A stretch of 32,000 nt of DNA from Pseudoalteromonas tetraodonis (GTDB taxonomy: Bacteria > Pseudomonadota > Gammaproteobacteria > Enterobacterales > Alteromonadaceae): positions 480,001 to 512,000 of the forward strand of contig NZ_CP011042.1 of the NCBI RefSeq assembly GCF_002310835.1, read 5' to 3'. The position numbers and the translations under genes are program-made. Below the pieces are notes generated by a model that saw only the letters and a program-made list of their open reading frames with translations, did no database searches and was not told the origin of the DNA. Of the stretch, positions 1 through 9,499 are shown piece after piece; positions within the stretch are counted from its first letter, which is position 1; each line of letters opens with the position of its first letter.

Positions 1-1
1 T

Positions 2-1834
2 GGCTCTTTAAATGTGAACATAGAGCTGACTGATGAAGGCATGAAAAACCGCGAAGCCATTGTTGCGATTATTATGCAATATATTGATTTAATTAAACGT
101 GAAGGTGTTAATAGTAAGTACTTTAATGAAATTCGTACCTCTTTGAATAACCAGTTTAAATTTTTAGAAAAAGGCGATGAGTTTAACTACGTCAGTGCGC
201 TGACTCAAAGCATGCAAGATTATCCGTTAAATCATGCGATAAACGCACCATACTACTACGCTAAGTTTGATGCTGATGCGGTTAATAATGTACTAAAACA
301 ACTTAACGCAGACACCTTACGTGTTTGGTATATTTCTCAACAAGAAGACACTGATTCACAATTACATTTTTATGATGGTAAATACCGAATTAGTGATATT
401 AGCGACGCAGAAATTGCCAGCTGGGAAAAACCAAGTGAATTTAATTTAGCCTTACCAAGTGTTAACAACTTACTGCCAGAGAGTTTTGCAATTAAAACGC
501 AGGCTTTTAAAGAGCAAAAACACCCAGAACTTAGCTATGATAAAAACGGTGTAAAAATTTGGCGCCAAGCAAGCCAGCAGTTTGCAGAGCAACCCAAAGG
601 TTTAGTTGAGGTGTATATCAACACACAAACAGGGTTGCGTGATATTAACTCAACCGTCCTTTATTCTGTGTGGGCAGATTTATATAACACTCAATTAAGT
701 CAGCTACGAACCGAAGCGGCTATTGCCGGTATGAATGTTAATTTAAGCTCAAGCAATGGCTTAGTTTTATCATTAAGTGGTTTTACCGATAAACAAGATA
801 CCTTACTTAAACAAGCGTTAGCTGGATTTGACGATGAAATTTCAGCACAAGCATTTAATCAAGCGATTGACCGTTATCAACGTGATTTACTCAATCAGCA
901 AAAACAGTTCCCGTATGCACAAGCGTTTAGTGAATATTCAAAACTGACTCGAACCGGTAGTTTTGATACTGACGCGCTTATTAAGGCAGCTCAATCACTG
1001 ACACTCGCTGATTTACAAGCATTAAAGCAAAGCACCTTAGCGAATAATAACTTACGCGTATTTAGCTATGGTAACTATAATCAAAAAGATATTGATGCCA
1101 TTGCTGCTGAATTAACGGCTATTTTACCAAATAATCATACAAAATCTGAGTTTGCTCGCAGTAAAGCTTGGTTACCACAACTAGGTGAAGCGCGCGTATT
1201 ACACAAAGATATTGATGTAGCTGATGTAGCCGTTGTCGATATGACCATTCACCCAACGCCAGGTTACAAACAAAAAGCGCAGGCGGCGGTTTTACAAGGA
1301 CACTTTAGAACAATCGCGTTTGACAAAATGCGTACCGAAGAACAACTAGCTTATGCGGTAGGGGCATTAGCGCGTCCTATTGAGGATTACTCTGGTATTG
1401 GATTGTTTATTCAAACGCCGGTTAAAGGGCCAAAAGAAATTCAAGTACGCTTTGATAAGTTCAAAAAAGAGTACGCTTCTGAGCTTAATGCCATGAGTGA
1501 AGAGACATTTGCACAGCTTAAAAATGCAACGTTGGTCTCGTTAAAAGAACAGCCAAAGAATTTAAGTGACGAAATGAGTCCATTGATTAACGATTGGTAC
1601 CGTGAAAACTTTGATTTTGATTCAAAACAAAAGCTAATTGCAGAAGTAGAAAAGGTCACCCTTGCTGATATTAAAGACTACTACCAGCAAACCATGTTAA
1701 ATCCACAAGCAGCCCGCTTAAATGTGCAATTACGTGGCAGTAAGTTTAGTGATAGCGAGTTTGCAGATTTGCCAAACCAAACTAAAGTGACGAGTTTAGA
1801 TGCTTACTACAGCGATATAAAATTGCAAAAGTAA
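2..1834 (+). CDS. ptrA: M16 (insulinase/pitrilysin, protease III-like) zinc peptidase, C-terminal ~610 aa; the 5' end lies upstream of the window
   Basis: The frame is open from base 2 to TAA at 1832-1834, so the GTG at 14 in the ORF track is not the true start. The long non-catalytic C-terminal domains resemble protease III-type M16 enzymes (recognised by eye). The HxxEH catalytic motif would lie off-window. A terminator follows. Confidence 0.65.
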   Translation, partial: GSLNVNIELTDEGMKNREAIVAIIMQYIDLIKREGVNSKYFNEIRTSLNNQFKFLEKGDEFNYVSALTQSMQDYPLNHAINAPYYYAKFDADAVNNVLKQLNADTLRVWYISQQEDTDSQLHFYDGKYRISDISDAEIASWEKPSEFNLALPSVNNLLPESFAIKTQAFKEQKHPELSYDKNGVKIWRQASQQFAEQPKGLVEVYINTQTGLRDINSTVLYSVWADLYNTQLSQLRTEAAIAGMNVNLSSSNGLVLSLSGFTDKQDTLLKQALAGFDDEISAQAFNQAIDRYQRDLLNQQKQFPYAQAFSEYSKLTRTGSFDTDALIKAAQSLTLADLQALKQSTLANNNLRVFSYGNYNQKDIDAIAAELTAILPNNHTKSEFARSKAWLPQLGEARVLHKDIDVADVAVVDMTIHPTPGYKQKAQAAVLQGHFRTIAFDKMRTEEQLAYAVGALARPIEDYSGIGLFIQTPVKGPKEIQVRFDKFKKEYASELNAMSEETFAQLKNATLVSLKEQPKNLSDEMSPLINDWYRENFDFDSKQKLIAEVEKVTLADIKDYYQQTMLNPQAARLNVQLRGSKFSDSEFADLPNQTKVTSLDAYYSDIKLQK

Positions 1835-1856
1835 GTTGAAATTACTCAAAAACTAA

Positions 1857-1891
1857 ACAAAACCCAGCCATTGTTGACTGGGTTTTGTTTT
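1857..1891. terminator. Bidirectional rho-independent terminator between convergent genes
   Basis: caaaacccag (1857-1867) pairs with ctgggttttg (1878-1887). There is a T-run on the + strand and an A-run upstream that gives a T-run on the - strand. Confidence 0.75.
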
Positions 1892-1936
1892 AACGGCGTT
1901 AATTATGGTTTTAGTAAAATGGCTACCATTGCCATG

Positions 1937-3319
1937 TTAGGCCATAAGTAAAAAGCCAATTATGGCAAAGCCTGCAGCAATTAAGGTATAAGGTAATTGC
2001 GTTACAGCATGACTGATCAAATTACAGCCAGAGCCTTGTGCTGCTAGTACGGTTGAATCAGAGTAAAAACAGGCTTGGCTACCAAATGAAGACGCTGAAA
2101 GTAATGCGCCAATCACCAATGGAATATTTGCATCAACCGCCGTCGCAAGGGGCATGACAATAGGAATTGAAACCGCAAAAATCCCCCAACTTGAACCCGT
2201 CGCAAACGCTAATATCGACATCGCAAAAAATACCACCGCAGGTAAATAGCCAGCGGTCATATACGGGCTTAAGCTGCCAATCACAAATTGTGGTAAGCCA
2301 ATTAAATCGCATACATCTTTAAAAATAAAGGCGGCAATCACGGTTCCAATTGCGGGGATCATACTTTTAAAACCATCCAGCATACGCTCAATCATTTCGC
2401 TAAAGCTCATTAATTTTTGTAACGCATAAAATGGCAAAGTGACAGCCATTGTCGCTAATAGACCTTTGTACACATCTATTTCAAAATATACGGTAAATGC
2501 GACTAATAAAATAATCGGCAACAGAAAGTTATATAACTTACCTTTAGGATCCGCATCTTCAAAGTGTTCCTCCGCTGCTTTTACTGCATATTCATCGGCG
2601 GTTTGTACTTGAGTATAAATCGCAGGCTCTAAAGTAGGAGCGTGAGTTAGCGCCTGTTGCTCGGCTTTTTTCATGGGGCCAAAAGTAGGGATCACGCCGG
2701 CAATAACCAGCACCACAGTCAACACCGCAAACCAGGCATAAAACATGTACGGAATGGCTTGAATATAAACGGCAATGCCTTTGCCTTCTTCTGCAATGCC
2801 GTTATCGACTAACAGGCCACCAAAAAATACAGCCCACGTTGACAAAGGGACGAGTACACAAATAGGCGCTGCCGTTGAATCAACAACGTAAGCGAGCATT
2901 TCACGACTCACTTTAAATTTGTCGGTGATCCGCTTCATGGTTTCACCCACGGTAAGCGCGTTTAAATAATCGTCAATAAATATCACGACACCCAAACAAA
3001 AGGTCATAAATAAGGAGGATCGTTTACCTCGGGTGTACTTTAAAGCCAAACTACCAAACGCAGAAGCCCCTCCAGTGCGCACTAATAAGGCAATAAGCGC
3101 ACCAAAGCCGCCACACACAAGTATTAACCAACCAATGGTTTCATCTGTCATTACTTTGAGTGATGTGCTGGCAAAACTTGAGAGAACTTTGCTAGGGTCA
3201 GCTAAAACAAGGCCAACTAATGCACCAATCAGTAACGATAAAATAGGGCGGCGTAAAACAACAGCCAATACAACCACTACCGCAGGCGGCAGTAGAGTTA
3301 ACGCAGAAGGTTCAAGCAT
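1937..3319 (-). CDS. NhaC-family permease (Na+/H+ antiporter-like; substrate not assignable from sequence)
   Basis: 460-aa strongly hydrophobic ORF with many TM helices. The overall sequence is typical of the NhaC antiporter superfamily. ATG at 3319-3317. Confidence 0.8.
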   Translation of the reverse strand: MLEPSALTLLPPAVVVVLAVVLRRPILSLLIGALVGLVLADPSKVLSSFASTSLKVMTDETIGWLILVCGGFGALIALLVRTGGASAFGSLALKYTRGKRSSLFMTFCLGVVIFIDDYLNALTVGETMKRITDKFKVSREMLAYVVDSTAAPICVLVPLSTWAVFFGGLLVDNGIAEEGKGIAVYIQAIPYMFYAWFAVLTVVLVIAGVIPTFGPMKKAEQQALTHAPTLEPAIYTQVQTADEYAVKAAEEHFEDADPKGKLYNFLLPIILLVAFTVYFEIDVYKGLLATMAVTLPFYALQKLMSFSEMIERMLDGFKSMIPAIGTVIAAFIFKDVCDLIGLPQFVIGSLSPYMTAGYLPAVVFFAMSILAFATGSSWGIFAVSIPIVMPLATAVDANIPLVIGALLSASSFGSQACFYSDSTVLAAQGSGCNLISHAVTQLPYTLIAAGFAIIGFLLMA

Positions 3320-3551
3320 TTATAAGATCACAAAATTAAAAGCAGATTTAAAAAGTAAACTGCTTATACAAAAACAAAGAAGATGATAAGTTTGTTGTTA
3401 AATCATTTTCCAAGTCACTGCTTTTGCACGCGTGAAGGGCACTTAAAAAATTATGTTAAATTAATAGTTTTAGTGAAACGCGTTGGCTTTGGCGCCAGAC
3501 GGAGCAAGGAATGCATGCCGCTATTGTTGTGCCTTTAAAAACATCGGCGCA
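3320..3551 (-). promoter_or_regulatory. Candidate long structured 5' leader of the NhaC-family gene
   Basis: About 230 nt lie between the predicted promoter and the ATG. On the - strand, a GC helix GCGCC (3550-3546) / GGCGC (3496-3492) encloses ~50 nt. A hairpin AAGCAGTTTA/TAAATCTGCTT (3365-3340) is followed by UUAAUUUU, ~12 nt before the ATG. No obvious Shine-Dalgarno. Confidence 0.3.
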
Positions 3552-3580
3552 AAAGTAATCTTCTTTTTTATTTCAGTCAA
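3552..3580 (-). promoter_or_regulatory. Sigma70-type promoter candidate for the NhaC-family gene
   Basis: The - strand reads TTGACT (3580-3575), a 17-nt spacer, then TACTTT (3557-3552). Confidence 0.4.
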
Positions 3581-3622
3581 TAAAAAAATATCGGGTCGTG
3601 AAAAATATTATCAGGAGTTATT

Positions 3623-4138
3623 TTGAATATTGCTTTTACAACAGAGCGCTTACACATACGCTTCGCACAAATAGCAGATGCGGCGGAGTTACTTAAGTTG
3701 GTTAATCAGGCTAATTTCACCAAATACATTGGTGATAAAGGTATTTATACTTTAGGCGACGCTAAAAAATACATCAAAGACAGTTTTATATCTGCCCATA
3801 AGCAGCATGGCTTTGGGCCTTATATAATCGCATTACATGATGAAACACTAGTTGGTATTGTTGGGTTTTATCAGCGAGCTGTTCTGCAATATCCCGACTT
3901 AGGGTTTGCGCTAAAAGACGGTTTTGAAAAAAAGGGCTATATTTTTGAAGCGGCAAATACCTTGATAAGCCATAGACAAAACTTGGGGATTAACCAGGTT
4001 TCGGCGATCGCCCGCAATGATAACCGCGCATCAAAAAATGTATTACAAAAGCTCGGTTTTAAAACCCAAGGTCAAGTGATCATAGAAAGCACTAACATTT
4101 CGGTAGATGTATATTTACTTAATACAGAGCGAAATTAA
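3623..4138 (+). CDS. GNAT family N-acetyltransferase (RimJ/RimL-like)
   Basis: 171 aa. N-terminal TERLHIRF... and the central fold pattern are typical of Acetyltransf_3-type GNATs. TTG start is preceded by AGGAG (3613-3617). Confidence 0.75.
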   Translation: MNIAFTTERLHIRFAQIADAAELLKLVNQANFTKYIGDKGIYTLGDAKKYIKDSFISAHKQHGFGPYIIALHDETLVGIVGFYQRAVLQYPDLGFALKDGFEKKGYIFEAANTLISHRQNLGINQVSAIARNDNRASKNVLQKLGFKTQGQVIIESTNISVDVYLLNTERN

Positions 4139-4743
4139 ATTCGCGCTTTTTCAATTTCTTTTGCCGCAAGGATGTTGATTTGTTGCCACATTTTTTCAAG
4201 AGTAGCCACCAATGAATCATAGCCATCATCATTGATTGGCATAACAGATGAGAAATTATGGATGCTTAGTAAACGCCTACCCGATTCTGGGTGAGTGTAG
4301 TATAAACGCCATAGCCCTGAAATATCTGCATTACCTTGCAGATCACCGTTAAAGTGGTGTAGTTCGTATTCTAATTCGTAAAATGTTTGTTGCTGTTGGT
4401 CAGTAATAACGGGTAAGCCTTTAATAACCATCCAGTTTGTCATGGTATTAAATAATGTTTGCTGCGCGCTGGCACTGAGCATAACATCTGGCGACTCACC
4501 CCATAGATGATAATTAGCAGCATGGATTTGATTACTATCTACTTTCATAGCAATACCCCGATTATTCAATGCGCCTCTTAGGGTGACTGTTTGCACGCGC
4601 AGTTGTGCCTGTGTATCTTGCACATTTCGCGAAGAGTCATTAATGGGCTGCTCAAATTGGTAATACTGAATTGTTGTTTGAATAGCAGAGCTGCAACCAC
4701 TGATAAAGATCACACCCGTTAAAAGTAAAAATAGTGCCTTCAT
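4135..4743 (-). CDS. pqiC: PqiC/YmbA-type ABC-transport auxiliary lipoprotein
   Basis: 202 aa. Lipobox LLLTGVIFISGC. YYQF motif near the N-terminus. Positioned last in a pqiA-pqiB-pqiC arrangement, with a 1-nt TAATG overlap with pqiB. Confidence 0.8.
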   Translation of the reverse strand: MKALFLLLTGVIFISGCSSAIQTTIQYYQFEQPINDSSRNVQDTQAQLRVQTVTLRGALNNRGIAMKVDSNQIHAANYHLWGESPDVMLSASAQQTLFNTMTNWMVIKGLPVITDQQQQTFYELEYELHHFNGDLQGNADISGLWRLYYTHPESGRRLLSIHNFSSVMPINDDGYDSLVATLEKMWQQINILAAKEIEKARI

Positions 4744-6398
4744 TATTGCTTCCTCGGTTGTGGATCGTTAGGTAGTGATTTGTCAAAAATGAGCATATTA
4801 GGTTGCTCGTTTAAGCCACGGGTAAGAGGCTGAAACTCTTCTGTTAAACGTTTAATTTGTAGCAGTGTTTGCTCAAGTTGATAGTGCATTTGAGAGCCTG
4901 CTTGATAGCTTGCCATGGTTTTATCAAACTGGCGCATGGTTATTTCAAATTGTTCCATACTTTTGGTTATTTTTTCGAGATTACGATTAAAGTCGCCAGG
5001 TAAATTTTGTGTATCGGGCTTATTTAATAATGTGCGCATCTCACTGGCCAGAGCTTGATACTCGCTAAAGGTTGATTGCATTTTTGCCAAACTGTCTTCA
5101 ATTTTTAAATTATTCACTTTATTAAGTACATCCGATACTTGATCGGCAAGTACCGTTATACCGCTCGATACACTAGGAAACACATCGTATTGAGCAAGCT
5201 TTTTAAGCTCGCTTTTTGGGGTGTCGGTATAAAAGTCAAAATCGACGTAAACTGCACCGGTTAGCAAATTACCCGGTTTAAGTGACGCTCTCATGCCATT
5301 TTCAATCCACTCGTTAATGCTTGTTTCCCAATACTCTTTTGCTACCGAGGTGATATGGTATAAACGACCATATTCTACTTTTATCAATACCGGAACTGCG
5401 GTATTTTTAGCGCGAAAATGAGCCGGTTTCCCATCTATAATTACATTGGCGGGCGCTTCAACCACTGTGCCGACGCGAGTACCTCTATACTCAACTGGCG
5501 CACCAACACGGAGTCCTCTAATCGATTGTTCGAATTCAATAAGGTAATAATCAAAATCATAGAAACGCTCTTCTAAAGCTTTCTTATAACTTTGACTCAA
5601 AGAAAAGCTATGACCATCTTGTGCTAAATCGCCAGGGGCTTGCTGATCAGGTAAGCCAACAGAAATACCGCCTTTTAATAATTTGCTTAGTGAACCGGTA
5701 TTAATATTTATGCCATCAGCAGAAAGATCTATCTCAATACCTGAGTTAACCCAAAAAATAGAGTTTAAAGTGATCAGGTTCTCATAGGGGGCTTTAATAA
5801 AAATACCGTATTGCATTGCTTGGTTTTTCCAATCAAAGGTGGCGGTTTCTATTTGGCCTATTTTGTAGTTTTTGAAAAATATACCAGTACTCACATCAAG
5901 TACCTCAGCATTGTAACTGAGTAACTTAAAGCGTCCACCTTGAACATGTTTACCAATTAATGCGGGCTCTTCTTGCAGGGTAAAGCGCTTTTTAAGTCGG
6001 TTACTTTCTCCCGGTGAAAGCTCTAAATAAACCCCTGAAAGTAGGGTACTCATACCACTGATCCCAGTTTCATCAATGCGTGGCTTTACTACCCAAATAC
6101 TGGCATCTTCGGTGAGTAAATTATCATAGTTTTTATCTATTTGTGCTCGGGCAATTACACTGTCTTGGCTGTCAGAAAGGCGGACGTGATCAATTTGACC
6201 TATTTTAACACTTCGCACTTTTATTTCTGTTTTACCAGCAATAATCCCCTCTGCTTGGGGCATAGTGATGTAGATTGTTTGCCCTTTATTTAATTGATAC
6301 TGATAAAGCATCCAAACACCAACAAATAAGGCAACCACAGGAATGATCCAAATTGCAGAAATACTTGATTTTTGTGCTACGTTAGCTGTTTTAGTCAT
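4743..6398 (-). CDS. pqiB: PqiB, multi-MCE-domain intermembrane lipid transport protein
   Basis: 551 aa. N-terminal TM anchor, repeated MCE/MlaD-like segments and a C-terminal helical region. Overlaps pqiA by 8 nt (ATGACTAA). Confidence 0.85.
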   Translation of the reverse strand: MTKTANVAQKSSISAIWIIPVVALFVGVWMLYQYQLNKGQTIYITMPQAEGIIAGKTEIKVRSVKIGQIDHVRLSDSQDSVIARAQIDKNYDNLLTEDASIWVVKPRIDETGISGMSTLLSGVYLELSPGESNRLKKRFTLQEEPALIGKHVQGGRFKLLSYNAEVLDVSTGIFFKNYKIGQIETATFDWKNQAMQYGIFIKAPYENLITLNSIFWVNSGIEIDLSADGININTGSLSKLLKGGISVGLPDQQAPGDLAQDGHSFSLSQSYKKALEERFYDFDYYLIEFEQSIRGLRVGAPVEYRGTRVGTVVEAPANVIIDGKPAHFRAKNTAVPVLIKVEYGRLYHITSVAKEYWETSINEWIENGMRASLKPGNLLTGAVYVDFDFYTDTPKSELKKLAQYDVFPSVSSGITVLADQVSDVLNKVNNLKIEDSLAKMQSTFSEYQALASEMRTLLNKPDTQNLPGDFNRNLEKITKSMEQFEITMRQFDKTMASYQAGSQMHYQLEQTLLQIKRLTEEFQPLTRGLNEQPNMLIFDKSLPNDPQPRKQ

Positions 6399-7623
6399 GC
6401 TTTATTCTCTGCGTTATTATTTTTGGTGAGTCCCACAGTAGGCGAGGGTCAAATGCGTGTGCCGCCATCATTTGGCATAATACCATAACGGTAAAAAAGA
6501 CAATGCCCAAACCGGGTGTAACCGACATTAAATTTCCTAGCTGCACCAGTGCAACTAATATAGCCACAACAAACACATCAATCATAGACCATTTACCTAT
6601 AAATTCAGTAAGTTGATACACTTTTGTGTAACCTTTTGTATGCAGGTTAGCGGGTTTTGTAACCATAAAACACAAAAAGCTTAAAATAAGCGCTTTGGCT
6701 AACGGTACCACCACACTGGCAAAAAATATAATAATAGCAATAGGATACGATCCACTATTCCATAACGTAATAACACCCGAAATAAGGGTTGCAGGTGTTT
6801 CATCCCCTAGGCTAATAGTGTACATAATGGGGAGCAAATTCGCAGGAATATAACAAATCAGAGAAGTAACTAACCATGCAGCCGCTTTTTGTACGCTGTT
6901 GGGGTTTCTTAAATACGTTTTACTGTGGCAACGAGGGCAGATTGATTCAACGCTTAGTTGATGGCAAACATGGCAGGCTTTTATATTCTCATCAATAGCC
7001 CGCTCAGCGGTTGAAGTATTTTGAAGTGTAGTGGCAGGGCTTACTTGTGACCACAGCCTAGCACGATTTAAACGCGTCAATGCACTAACATAAAAAATAA
7101 CAAATCCCACATAGGCAAAAAAACTGATACCAAAGCTAACTTCAGCCAATGACATTATTTTTACCATGCTAACTAAAACACCAATCAGAAATATTTCTGA
7201 CATGATCCAAGGCTCTAGCGTTAAAGTGAATTTTAATAGTCTTCTTGCAACTGCTTGCGGCAGTGCTTTGAGTGCGCCTAAATGCAAAGGGATCAAAATA
7301 ATCAGCAAACTCATAGGTAAAATAATAATGCTGATATCGATAAATAGGCCGAGTAGGTCACTATCATAGTTAAATAAAATCCGTGCTGCGTCGGGCAGGG
7401 TAATAGTTTGGGTAATACCATTACTACTAAAAGAGATAAACGGATAAAACATACTGCTGAGCAACATTAATAACGCGCTTAAACTCAGTGCGACTATTTC
7501 AGTGTCATGGTTTATATTAATACCGCGGACTTTATGGCTACAGCGTGGGCACAATGCCACTTGTTTGGCATTAATCTCAGGAATATCAATGATAAGATCA
7601 CAGCTTGGGCAGGCAGTTTGCAA
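6391..7623 (-). CDS. pqiA: PqiA, paraquat-inducible protein A family integral membrane protein
   Basis: 410 aa. Two repeats, each with a CxxC...CxxC zinc-ribbon (CPSCD...CPRC; CHVCH...CPRC) followed by TM helices. TTG start; an in-frame TAA lies 4 codons upstream. Confidence 0.85.
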   Translation of the reverse strand: MQTACPSCDLIIDIPEINAKQVALCPRCSHKVRGININHDTEIVALSLSALLMLLSSMFYPFISFSSNGITQTITLPDAARILFNYDSDLLGLFIDISIIILPMSLLIILIPLHLGALKALPQAVARRLLKFTLTLEPWIMSEIFLIGVLVSMVKIMSLAEVSFGISFFAYVGFVIFYVSALTRLNRARLWSQVSPATTLQNTSTAERAIDENIKACHVCHQLSVESICPRCHSKTYLRNPNSVQKAAAWLVTSLICYIPANLLPIMYTISLGDETPATLISGVITLWNSGSYPIAIIIFFASVVVPLAKALILSFLCFMVTKPANLHTKGYTKVYQLTEFIGKWSMIDVFVVAILVALVQLGNLMSVTPGLGIVFFTVMVLCQMMAAHAFDPRLLWDSPKIITQRIKHD

Positions 7624-7753
7624 AATGTTAGCTTATAATTAATTCAATAATTTAAATATTGCTATAAATAATAGTTAAATACAAACGCTGCGGCTAAATT
7701 ACTAAAGAAAAGTAACCCCAACAACTGAAAATAAAAACGGATTAGGTGAAAGA

Positions 7754-8524
7754 GTGAAAGTTGTATTTTTATTGGCCTTAGTGTGTTTATGTGGTGATAG
7801 TTTTGCATTTGTTAATGATAATAAGCAGCAACGAGTCATTATTGCGGCTAACCCTACTGTTGCGCCTTATGTAATAAGTGAAAATGATTCAGGTATTCAG
7901 CTCGAGATTGTAAAGGCAGCACTTAACAATCAAGACATAAATGAGGTTGATGTACATTACATGTCAAATCAGCGTGCAGATGCTTTATTGAACCAAGGCC
8001 ATGTTGATATTGCATTAAATTACTCGGGTATTTTAATTTCTGGCATATATCGAAGCCAATCGGTTGTTAGTTATGAGAATGTGGTGGTGAGTCTTAAAAA
8101 GAGTAACTTCACTATTAATAGTATTTACGATCTGGCGACTAAAAGTGTTTTAGCATTTCAAAATGCGCCTGCTTATTTACCCAAAGAATTTGGTCATAAC
8201 TTGGAAAACTTGAGAGGCTATGAAGAAGTATTCAATCAACAAGCGCAGATACACCATTTAATGGCAGGATGGGTTGATACGATTATTCTCGATAGACGTA
8301 TATTTCTTCACTACTTAAAGGAATATCAAAAAACCAATACCACTAAAGATTTTGTTATTCATGCTATTTTTCCACCTGCGGCAAGACCTGCGTATTTTAA
8401 CAATGATTTGCTGAGACAGCAGTTTGACAAAGGCTTAGCAAATATAATTCAAAGCGGTGAATATCGCACCATAATGCTTAACTTAGATAAGCAATATACA
8501 CAGCGCGATTTCACTGCTCTTTAA
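7754..8524 (+). CDS. Periplasmic solute-binding protein, family 3 (amino-acid-ABC-type SBP fold), orphan
   Basis: 256 aa with a signal peptide (MKVVFLLALVCLCGDSFAF). Sequence pattern of SBP_bac_3-type proteins. GTG start is preceded by AGGTGA. No permease or ATPase genes nearby. Confidence 0.6.
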   Translation: MKVVFLLALVCLCGDSFAFVNDNKQQRVIIAANPTVAPYVISENDSGIQLEIVKAALNNQDINEVDVHYMSNQRADALLNQGHVDIALNYSGILISGIYRSQSVVSYENVVVSLKKSNFTINSIYDLATKSVLAFQNAPAYLPKEFGHNLENLRGYEEVFNQQAQIHHLMAGWVDTIILDRRIFLHYLKEYQKTNTTKDFVIHAIFPPAARPAYFNNDLLRQQFDKGLANIIQSGEYRTIMLNLDKQYTQRDFTAL

Positions 8525-9334
8525 TTAATCAAATAAAGCAACAGTTTGACGGGTGAGCGCAATAAGCTCACCCGATTGCGACCAAATACAGCCATCTTCT
8601 AAGCCGTAGCCATCTTTTGAATGATGAGTGATTGCTTCAAAACCCAACCATTCACCTGGCACTAAATTAGGCTCTTGTACAAATTCTAAATACCACGACA
8701 TGCTACTAGCCGGTGCAGGTTGCTTAAACATTTGTAGTAATGTTGGTGGCCATGCGTCAGTAAGAGCAATAACATGAGCTTCTGTAATTTCTTGTGGCGT
8801 GTGTTTAAATCGCATCCAACCACCAAGGTGAGAGGTTTGCGCACTACTAAACGGCATGGCACCTTGCTGTGGGCATAAATCAACATGCTGAAAAAATTCT
8901 GGCATTTTCCCAGGTACAAAGCCTAAACAATGGGCTTCGTTTACAGGGTGTAAGGTTAACGACTTTGATACCGGCACATTAATTGATGAGTTACGATTTT
9001 TGGCAAAACAGGCCTGCACGATGACACATACCGCATCATCTTGAATCGCTTTGGCGAGCACTTGGGTACTGCTTTTACCTTCACGTAATATTTCTACCGA
9101 TAATAAAAACGGTTTTTCAGCTAATAATGGCCCTACAAAGTTTGTACTTAAAGAAAGCAGTCTTCTTGATGAATCAACTTTATTGCGCATTGCTTGATAA
9201 AGTAGCGCAGCAGAGAGGCCACCAAAAGCAGTACGACCTTGGCACCAGTTAGCAGGAAACTGCATGGTATTGGTTAACGGGTCAGTTTCCTGACTCGCTT
9301 GGGCTGCTTGTTTTAATAATTGTTCAAAGTGCAC
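8525..9334 (-). CDS. Acyl-CoA thioesterase, TesB-like double hot-dog family
   Basis: 269 aa. N-terminal ...GRTAFGGLSAALL... and overall pattern typical of thioesterase-like superfamily (4HBT_3) proteins. Confidence 0.65.
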   Translation of the reverse strand: MHFEQLLKQAAQASQETDPLTNTMQFPANWCQGRTAFGGLSAALLYQAMRNKVDSSRRLLSLSTNFVGPLLAEKPFLLSVEILREGKSSTQVLAKAIQDDAVCVIVQACFAKNRNSSINVPVSKSLTLHPVNEAHCLGFVPGKMPEFFQHVDLCPQQGAMPFSSAQTSHLGGWMRFKHTPQEITEAHVIALTDAWPPTLLQMFKQPAPASSMSWYLEFVQEPNLVPGEWLGFEAITHHSKDGYGLEDGCIWSQSGELIALTRQTVALFD

Positions 9335-9499
9335 AAATAATGTCCTTTTGCTGTTATTTGCTGAATTTATATCACACCCAAACTCATCAGACCAGACAAT
9401 AAATAAGCTCCCAAATTACAAAAAATGAGCAATCCCTACTCTTTTTAGGGTTATTTAGTAAATAAATTAAAAAAAATGCGTTTTTTTTCATTTTTACAG

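Noticed and set aside
3354-3370. TyrR-box-like sequence TGTATA-N5-TTTACT on the - strand, just upstream of the NhaC-family start
   Set aside because: The half-sites are separated by 5 nt rather than the 6 nt of the TGTAAA-N6-TTTACA consensus. The same bases form the terminator-like hairpin, so the resemblance is probably incidental.
3033-3386. 117-aa + strand ORF overlapping the NhaC-family gene start and its upstream region
   Set aside because: It is antisense to a well-supported membrane-protein gene and has a low-complexity, Pro/Thr/Lys-rich translation with no RBS. This is a typical shadow ORF. The same verdict applies to the other antisense ORFs in the track inside ptrA, pqiA, the thioesterase gene, dnaK, dnaJ, the regulator, the DASS symporter, the ALDH, the lipoprotein, the GGDEF gene, the LysR gene and the RND genes. 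Examples: 1441-1659, 7166-7369, 9741-9995, 10026-10247, 10314-10586, 11072-11299, 12317-12640, 16931-17209, 20278-20625, 28579-28890, 29158-29592, 30130-30483, 31337-31711.
3320-3551. Possibility that the NhaC-family leader is a lysine riboswitch (L-box) or a MetJ-regulated region, as reported for some NhaC-superfamily amino-acid carriers
   Set aside because: I could not find the conserved L-box blocks (AGAGGCGC, GGAGGAGC, TTGTCACC-type segments). There is only one poor 5/8 match to the MetJ box AGACGTCT (CTCCGTCT) and no tandem repeat.
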